Source: Granulicella sp.
GTDB taxonomy: Bacteria > Acidobacteriota > Terriglobia > Terriglobales > Acidobacteriaceae
Assembly (NCBI GenBank): GCA_027339965.1
Contig: DAHWNL010000016.1
Location: forward strand, 1 to 64,000
Direction of reading: 5' to 3'
Length of the DNA: 64,000 nt
Notes under the pieces: model-generated
What the model saw: only the letters and a program-made list of their open reading frames with translations
Database searches by the model: none
What the model was told of the DNA's origin: nothing
In this document: positions 57,588 to 64,000 of the stretch, piece after piece
Layout of the letters: each line of letters begins with the position of its first letter
How positions within the stretch are numbered: position 1 is the stretch's first letter
Program-made: the position numbers and the translations under genes

Positions 57588-58017
57588 AGGGAACCTCCGC
57601 GTGCTTGTCCGGCCCGGCGAAGGCCCGGAGAAGGCCGGGACAAGCCCTTCAAACCTGCGCCGCGCACAGCGGGTCGCGTCTCAGAGTCTCCTCACGCCGC
57701 CACCCTGCCCGGCGAGCTTTTGCGCCTCTTTCCTCAGCTCCGCAAAGATTCCCAGCCGCGCCTTTTGCAGAGCTCCGCTCGATCGTTCCGGCTTTTTTGG
57801 CCAACCCCGCGGTCAGCCCTGCGCTCTCCAGCTCATCTTGCCCCTCTCCTCTCCATCCGACCCGCCATCGCCTTGAACCCATCGTTCCCCGGCCAAACCG
57901 GTGTCGACCGCGCGGAATGATCCAGACGTCCTTCGAAAGCCTGAACAGAACATCAACCGATCGAAGCATATAGAATCTGCCCGCGTCCGCATCCTCGCAG
58001 GCGCATCATATTTAATT

Positions 58018-58227
58018 ATGGCGACACTTTCCTTGCACATCGAGAACATGCACTGCGGGTCCTGCATCCGCCACGTCACTCAGGCCCTCAACACCCTTCC
58101 CGGCACCCACGCCGAAGAGGTCCGCATCGGCAGCGCACGCATTACCACTAGCGCCGAGCCGGAACAGATTCAACAAGCCTTGAAAGCGGCCGGCTATCCG
58201 GCCTTCGTCGATCCGGCCAGTGTATGA
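58018..58227 (+). CDS. copZ: Heavy-metal-associated (CopZ-like) chaperone
   Basis: MHCGSC motif, AGY terminus, 69 aa, overlaps ATPase start. Confidence 0.85.
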   Translation: MATLSLHIENMHCGSCIRHVTQALNTLPGTHAEEVRIGSARITTSAEPEQIQQALKAAGYPAFVDPASV

Positions 58228-60614
58228 GCGAACAATTCCTCAGCATCCAGGGCATGACCTGCGCCTCGTGCCAGATCCATGTACAGAAGGCGCTGCGGGC
58301 GGTTCCGGGGGTCCAATCTGCCAGCGTCAACCTGATGGCGCACACGGCCCAGATCTCCGCTGAGACGCCCATCGCAGTCGAGACGCTCATTACTGCCGTG
58401 CGAAACTCCGGCTATGACGCCTCTTTGCCTCCGGCCTCCGGCTCGCTCCAGGCTGACTTGTCGCGTGGCTCGGCAACCACAAGCTCCTCCGCCATTGACG
58501 AGCAAGCAGACGCCGGAATGCACTCTCTTGGTCTGCGCGCCGGCCTCGCTCTGGCCGCCGGCGTCATCGCCATGGCTCTGTCGATGCTGCTCTCGAACTC
58601 CGGTACTCTTCCCCCATGGGCGCGCCTGCCTGCGCCGCCCATCCGCTGGCTCCTCTGCATGCTGTCTCTGGCGACCATGCTCTTTGCCGCCCCGGAAATT
58701 TATAGCGCCGCGTGGCGAGCCGCGCGGCATGGCGCCACCAACATGAACACGCTGGTCGCCCTGGGCACGCTGGCCGGCTTCACAGCCTCCTTTGCCGCCA
58801 CCATCGCTCCCGCCTACTGCCTCCGCCACGGGCTCTCTTCCGCGATCTACTACGAAGCGGTGATCTTCATCCTCGCCTTTTTACTCGCCGGCCGCTGGCT
58901 GGAGGCCCGGGCCCGAGCCCGAGCCTCCGGCGCCTTGCGCAGCTTTGCCCGGCTGGAGTCCTCCGACGCCCGCCTACTTGACCCCGCCGCCGGAAATATT
59001 GCCGGCGAAGACTCAGCCCCGGTCGATTACAGCCGTCTTCCCGAAACCATCCTGCCACTCTCCGCCATCGTTCCCAACGATCTGATCCGGGTTCTGCCCG
59101 GCGACCGGATTCCGCTCGACGGTCTCATCGTGGATGGCCGCAGTTCGGTCGACGAGTCCATGCTCACCGGAGAGCCTCTGCCGGTCACCCGCTCCGCCGG
59201 TGATCCCGTCTCCGGTGGCACCCTCAACCTGGATGGACCGCTGGTGATTCAGGCGACAGCCGTTGGACAAGACTCAACGCTGGCGCAGATGCGGCGGCTG
59301 CTGGAGCAGGCGCAGTCCAGCCGCGCTCCCCTGCAACGCCTGGCAGACAGAGCCAGCGCCATCTTCGTCCCCACGGTCCTTACCCTCTCCGCACTCACTT
59401 TTCTGTTCTGGTCGGTTGTCCTGAACACCGGAGGTCACCACGAAGGTTATGGCCGTGCCCTCTCCATGGCGATCTCGGTTCTTATCATCGCTTGCCCTTG
59501 CGCGATGGGGCTGGCCGTCCCGGCCGCGATCACCGTTTCCCTGGGCCGGGCCGCCCAGTCCGGCCTGCTCATCAAAGGGGGCGAAGCCCTGGAACGGCTC
59601 GCTGAAGTGGATACCATCGCTCTGGACAAAACCGGAACCCTCACCGAGGGACGCCCCCGCATCGCAGCCTTCGTTTTGTCCCCAGCCGCCATCCTCGACG
59701 CGCCCACGCTGCTGGCCTGCGCACAGGCCACCGAGCGCCTCTCCACCCATCCGCTGGCGCAAGCCGTGGTCGAGTACGTTCCCTCCGCCGAGCAAACCCT
59801 GGCACTCCCCAGCCCTCCATCCCCACCCACCATCACCGACCACCGCACGCTTCCGGGCATCGGAATCACCGCCACAATCTCCCTGGCCGACGGCAAGACC
59901 CTTCGCCTGGCTCTGGGGAATGCCTCCTTGCTCCCTTCCTCCGGGCTGCATGGTCAAATGGCCGCTGAGCTTCAGCCACCCGGCGACCTGCCCAATGCCA
60001 CACCTCTCTACCTGCTGCTCGACGACATCCCGCAAGCGGTCTTCTTCGCCACCGACGAACTCCGGCCCAGCGCAGGCACGGCCGTAGCCCAACTGGAACG
60101 ACTGCGGGTTCATCCTGTGCTGCTCACCGGCGATGTGGCCTCCTCCGCCAACGCGCTCGCGCGGCAGGCTGGAATCGGCGATGTACACTCCCACCTGCTC
60201 CCAGCGGAGAAACTTGCCGTCATCGGCGCTCTGCAATCCGCAGGCCACAGGGTCGCCATGGCCGGCGACGGCATCAATGACGCGGCGGCGCTCGCCCAGG
60301 CTGACGCCGGCCTGGCCATGGCGTCCGGCTCCGATCTGGCTCGCGAAGCCGGCGACATCCTTCTGCTGCACCCTGATCTCTGCCTGCTCCCGCTCGCCGT
60401 TCGCATCAGCCGGCGCACGGTGAGGATCATGCGCCAGAACCTGGGTTGGGCCATGGTCTACAACCTGATCGGAATTCCTTTGGCCGCCGGCCTCCTCTAC
60501 CCGTACTTTCACATCCTGCTCAGCCCGATCCTCGCCAGCGCCGCCATGGCTCTCAGCTCGGTGAGCGTGCTCACCAACTCACTGCGCCTGCGGTCTTTAC
60601 CCAACGCCCGGTAA
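58224..60614 (+). CDS. copA: Cu(+)-translocating P1B-type ATPase
   Basis: MTCASC, TGE, CPC, DKTGT, HP, GDGIND, YN and MALSS. Confidence 0.93.
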   Translation: MSEQFLSIQGMTCASCQIHVQKALRAVPGVQSASVNLMAHTAQISAETPIAVETLITAVRNSGYDASLPPASGSLQADLSRGSATTSSSAIDEQADAGMHSLGLRAGLALAAGVIAMALSMLLSNSGTLPPWARLPAPPIRWLLCMLSLATMLFAAPEIYSAAWRAARHGATNMNTLVALGTLAGFTASFAATIAPAYCLRHGLSSAIYYEAVIFILAFLLAGRWLEARARARASGALRSFARLESSDARLLDPAAGNIAGEDSAPVDYSRLPETILPLSAIVPNDLIRVLPGDRIPLDGLIVDGRSSVDESMLTGEPLPVTRSAGDPVSGGTLNLDGPLVIQATAVGQDSTLAQMRRLLEQAQSSRAPLQRLADRASAIFVPTVLTLSALTFLFWSVVLNTGGHHEGYGRALSMAISVLIIACPCAMGLAVPAAITVSLGRAAQSGLLIKGGEALERLAEVDTIALDKTGTLTEGRPRIAAFVLSPAAILDAPTLLACAQATERLSTHPLAQAVVEYVPSAEQTLALPSPPSPPTITDHRTLPGIGITATISLADGKTLRLALGNASLLPSSGLHGQMAAELQPPGDLPNATPLYLLLDDIPQAVFFATDELRPSAGTAVAQLERLRVHPVLLTGDVASSANALARQAGIGDVHSHLLPAEKLAVIGALQSAGHRVAMAGDGINDAAALAQADAGLAMASGSDLAREAGDILLLHPDLCLLPLAVRISRRTVRIMRQNLGWAMVYNLIGIPLAAGLLYPYFHILLSPILASAAMALSSVSVLTNSLRLRSLPNAR

Positions 60615-60691
60615 CCTTCCAACCTTCTCCTGTGTTCTGCGCGCCCGTCTCCACGCGATACACTTAAACCACCGCCGTGGGCGGGTTCAAC

Positions 60692-63076
60692 GTGCGCATC
60701 TTCACCCGCTATATCCTCCGCGAGATCACCGGCTACGCCTTGCTGGGCGGCGTTCTGTTCACCTTCATTCTCTTCATGCGCTACCTGCTTCCGCTCATGG
60801 AGCTCACGGTGCGCGGTATCGCCTCCCCCATGGATATCCTCCGCCTGGTCGGATATCTGCTGCCGGGCTTCTTCTCCTTCACCATCCCCATGGCGGTACT
60901 GGTGGGCATCCTTCTGGGTTTGAGCCGCCTGGCCGCGGACAGTGAAGTCACCGCCATGCGCGCCTCGGGCGTGGGGGTACTCTCCTTCGTCCGCATCGTC
61001 AGCCTCTTCGCCATCGTCTTCTGGATCATCGGCATGGCCAACTCGCTGTATGTGGCGCCCCGCGCCGCAACCGCACTGCTGGCCTACGAGAGCGCCAGCA
61101 AGACCAGCCAGGCCACGGTGGAGGTGCAGCCGCGGGTGTTTTACGAAGACTTCAAGAACTACGTTCTATACGCCCAGGACGTTATCCCGGGAGCCAACGG
61201 CACGGCCATTTGGCGTCATGTCTTCCTGGCCGATCTGAGCAAGCCGGCCAACCCGCACATCATCACCGCCAACAACGCCACCGTTCTCAGCGGAGGCCCA
61301 CAGACCCTTCGCCTGGAACTCTCCAACGGCAGCCGCCATGATATCTCGCTCTCCAATCCCGGGCAGTACGATATCTCCACCTTCCTCAGCACGGAACTGC
61401 CCATGCAAACCGTGCCTCAGGAGGAGGGGTCTCATCTGAGCCGCCGCGACACTCCCATGCACGCCCTCAATACGCGTGACCTGTGGGCTCTGGCCGAAGC
61501 CCCCGGCGCCGCTTCCCGACCCTACCGCATTGAGCTTAACTACCGCTTCGCCTTCCCCACCGCCTGCCTGGTCCTGATGCTGGTCGGTGTTCCACTCGGA
61601 CTCTCCTCCAAACGCGGAGGCAAGGGCGCCGGCTTTGTTGTCACGCTGGGGCTGGTGTTTCTCTACTACTTCCTCTCCTCAATGGGCATTGCCCTGGCCC
61701 GTCAGGACAGGCTTTCCCCGGCTCTGGGGGTGTGGAGCGCCAATCTGCTGTTTGCCATGGCCGGAGTGGTGCTGCTGCAGCAGATCTCCCGTGGCGGGGC
61801 CATGCTGGAGACATTCGCCGGCATCGGCAGAAACCTCACCCGGCTCCTGGATCGTCTCCGCAACCGATCTCAGCCTCATGCTGCCGGTAGCGGTCCCCAT
61901 GTCAATGAAGAGGGCGCGCTCATGCAGCGCCTTCGCCTCGTCTTCGGCATTCACTTCCCCCTCATCCTGGATGAGTACGTGATGGGAAGCTTCCTGCGCA
62001 ACTTCCTGCTGGTTCTGTTCACCCTGATCCTTCTCTTCATCATCTTCACCTTCTTCGAGCTGATCGGCGACATCCTCCGCTACCGCACTCCGCTCTCCGT
62101 GGTGGGCGACTATCTGATCAACCTGATTCCCTTCATCATCAACTCCGTGCTCCCGCTCTGTTCTCTGGTCGCGGTGCTCATCACCTTTGGCGCGCTCAAC
62201 CGCAACAGCGAACTGACGGCGATGAAGTCGGCCGGCGTCAGTCTCTACCGCATCGTTGCTCCCATGCTGGTGGTCGCCACGCTGCTCTCGGCGCTTCTGT
62301 TTGTCTTTGATGAGACCTATCTGCCGGGAGCCAACCGCCGGCAGGAGGCTTTGCTGTCCCAGATCAAGGGGAAGCCGGCGCAGACATTTCTTCGTCCGGA
62401 TCGCAAATGGATGTCCGGCGACACCACGGACGCCAAGGGCGGGCAGATGCAGCCAACCCGCATCTTTTATTACCAGTTCTTCGATCCTGACCGCAACATC
62501 TTCGACAACCTCACTGTCTTTGAGTTTCAGCCCGGCACCTTCAATCTCACCCGCCGCATCTTTGCGCGCAGCGTTCGCTGGGACGACAAGCTCAACCAGT
62601 GGGTCTTTGAAGATGGCTGGCAACGCACCTTCGCGGGTGAATCGATTACCAGCTACCAGCCCTTCACGCTGGCCACCTTTCCGGAGATCCACGAGCAACC
62701 CAGTTACTTCAAGAAGGAAGAACTCCAAAGCCAGGAGATGTCCTTCACCGAGCTCTCCCGTTACATACGCGACCTTGAACAGAGCGGCTTTGACACCATG
62801 CGTCTGCGCGTTCAACTCAACCGCAAGCTGGCCTATCCGCTCATGACGCTGGTGCTGGCCATTCTGGCCATTCCGTTCTCGCTGTTCGCCGGCAAGCGGG
62901 GCGGCATCGCGGGCATCGGCACGGCGATCGGAGTCGCCATCTGCTACTGGGTCATCGCCGGCATCTTCGAGAATCTGGGCGACGTCAACTCGCTTCCGGC
63001 GATCCTGGCCGCGTGGTCCCCGGATATGCTCTTCGCCATGGCCGGAGCTTATCTTCTGCTCCGCACCCCCACCTGA
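60692..63076 (+). CDS. Fused LPS export permease LptF-LptG
   Basis: Two tandem YjgP/YjgQ units (SEVTAMRASG; SELTAMKSAG) in one ORF. Confidence 0.88.
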   Translation: MRIFTRYILREITGYALLGGVLFTFILFMRYLLPLMELTVRGIASPMDILRLVGYLLPGFFSFTIPMAVLVGILLGLSRLAADSEVTAMRASGVGVLSFVRIVSLFAIVFWIIGMANSLYVAPRAATALLAYESASKTSQATVEVQPRVFYEDFKNYVLYAQDVIPGANGTAIWRHVFLADLSKPANPHIITANNATVLSGGPQTLRLELSNGSRHDISLSNPGQYDISTFLSTELPMQTVPQEEGSHLSRRDTPMHALNTRDLWALAEAPGAASRPYRIELNYRFAFPTACLVLMLVGVPLGLSSKRGGKGAGFVVTLGLVFLYYFLSSMGIALARQDRLSPALGVWSANLLFAMAGVVLLQQISRGGAMLETFAGIGRNLTRLLDRLRNRSQPHAAGSGPHVNEEGALMQRLRLVFGIHFPLILDEYVMGSFLRNFLLVLFTLILLFIIFTFFELIGDILRYRTPLSVVGDYLINLIPFIINSVLPLCSLVAVLITFGALNRNSELTAMKSAGVSLYRIVAPMLVVATLLSALLFVFDETYLPGANRRQEALLSQIKGKPAQTFLRPDRKWMSGDTTDAKGGQMQPTRIFYYQFFDPDRNIFDNLTVFEFQPGTFNLTRRIFARSVRWDDKLNQWVFEDGWQRTFAGESITSYQPFTLATFPEIHEQPSYFKKEELQSQEMSFTELSRYIRDLEQSGFDTMRLRVQLNRKLAYPLMTLVLAILAIPFSLFAGKRGGIAGIGTAIGVAICYWVIAGIFENLGDVNSLPAILAAWSPDMLFAMAGAYLLLRTPT

Positions 63077-63145
63077 TGCCCGGTCCGGGCCAACTCTTCG
63101 GCCAACTCCCCGGCCAAGACTCGATCGGCTACACTAAAAATCGAC

Positions 63146-63883
63146 ATGAAAACTTCAAGCCTCCCTTGTTGCACGCTCGTCATGGCATTGGCTGCGCTCC
63201 CCATCGGAGCGCAAACCTCCACCACCCACCCCATTCACCATACAGCCGCGCACAGCGCCCATACCCCGGGCTGCGTCGCCCCGCCGCGGGTCTCCCCCAA
63301 GATTCCAGCGCTTCCATCCAACGCACCCTGCCCACGCATCCTCTATACCCTCACCCACATTCCGGACACCCATCTGGACTACGCCTCGCCTCTGCTCAGC
63401 AAAGATCTGCGTGAGGAGCTCTCCGGACAGAAGTCCACGTACTCGCTCATCTATGTTGACACCCAAGTTGGAACCGGCCCGGTGGCCCAGAGCGGCAAGT
63501 TCCTCACCGTGCACTATACCGGGTACCTGACCGACGGCAAAAAGTTCGACTCTTCCGTGGACCGCGGCCAACCCATTACCTTTCCCTACGGCCGGCACCG
63601 CGTGATTCCGGGCTGGGACACTGGCTTTGAGGGCATGCGCATCGGCGGAAAGCGCCGTCTCTACATCCCCTACCAGCTTGCCTATGGTGAAGCCGGCCGC
63701 CCACCCATCATTCCAGCCAGAGCAGAGCTGGTCTTCGATGTACAACTCATCGGTCAGAGTGACGAGATGCCCAAGCCCACGGTGCCCTTCCGCCGCTCCG
63801 CGCCGGCCCAGCCCGCGTCCAAACCGGCCACCCCAGCAAAACCCGCCACCTCCCAGCCCGCCAACCCGCAGGCCCCCAAATAG
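63146..63883 (+). CDS. FKBP-type peptidyl-prolyl isomerase, exported
   Basis: VHYTGYLTDGKKFDSS, VIPGWD, IPYQLAYG, LVFDVQL; Pro/Ala-rich tail. Confidence 0.93.
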   Translation: MKTSSLPCCTLVMALAALPIGAQTSTTHPIHHTAAHSAHTPGCVAPPRVSPKIPALPSNAPCPRILYTLTHIPDTHLDYASPLLSKDLREELSGQKSTYSLIYVDTQVGTGPVAQSGKFLTVHYTGYLTDGKKFDSSVDRGQPITFPYGRHRVIPGWDTGFEGMRIGGKRRLYIPYQLAYGEAGRPPIIPARAELVFDVQLIGQSDEMPKPTVPFRRSAPAQPASKPATPAKPATSQPANPQAPK

Positions 63884-63901
63884 TCGAAGCGCAGGGATTC
63901 A

Positions 63902-64000
63902 AGCGTAGAGTGTCGAGAAGACGGCGATACTCGAATTGCAGTTTTGCCGGAAGCCTTATCCTTCTTCCTGGCGCTCTACGCTCCACCCTTTTTCTTCTTT
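63902..64000 (+). terminator. Extended stem-loop followed by T-rich tract; terminator or structured RNA
   Basis: AGCGTAGAGTGTC (63902-63914) pairs with GGCGCTCTACGCT (63970-63982). Confidence 0.5.

Noticed and set aside
57590..58017. CsoR/CueR operator or regulator gene upstream of copZ-copA
   Set aside because: No convincing palindrome or regulator ORF recognised

Overview
A GC-rich bacterial chromosomal window, most likely Acidobacteriota (Terriglobia/Acidobacteriaceae-like). That assignment is an inference from the Oar-type TonB receptor, two CRTAC1/ASPIC-UnbV paralogues, fused LptF-LptG, hpnCDE and futalosine-pathway mqnD. Most of 11-20 kb and 36-64 kb is housekeeping: hpnCDE, mlaEF, ftsB-like, mqnD, tRNA-Arg(TCT), cimA-like, hldE, GT9, yvcK, rlmN, M16 peptidase, pilin, pgi, IclR, desaturase plus a two-component pair, copZ/copA, lptFG and FKBP. 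Two accessory loci stand out. Locus A (1081-10904) is a seven-gene operon whose first four genes overlap at start/stop codons. It encodes a regulatory-domain-less DAHP synthase, a hydrazine-synthase-alpha-like heme protein, a CRTAC1/ASPIC-UnbV protein, a beta-propeller + cytochrome-c-peroxidase-like fusion (HzsB/HzsC-like architecture, 3 CXXCH), a stand-alone sensor-type propeller, a chorismatase-like Rid domain and an orphan ligand-binding protein. Locus B (20.8-36.1 kb) holds a TonB receptor, a CRTAC1 / penta-heme TPR / cytochrome c operon, a propeller histidine kinase with a NarL-type regulator, and a Tat sulfatase. The A operon and the B heme operon share an 18-bp palindromic site (15/18 identical) placed 21-22 bp upstream of a -10 box, suggesting one regulon. 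No integrase, transposase, CRISPR array or rRNA was seen. All family assignments come from motif recognition by eye; no database search was run.
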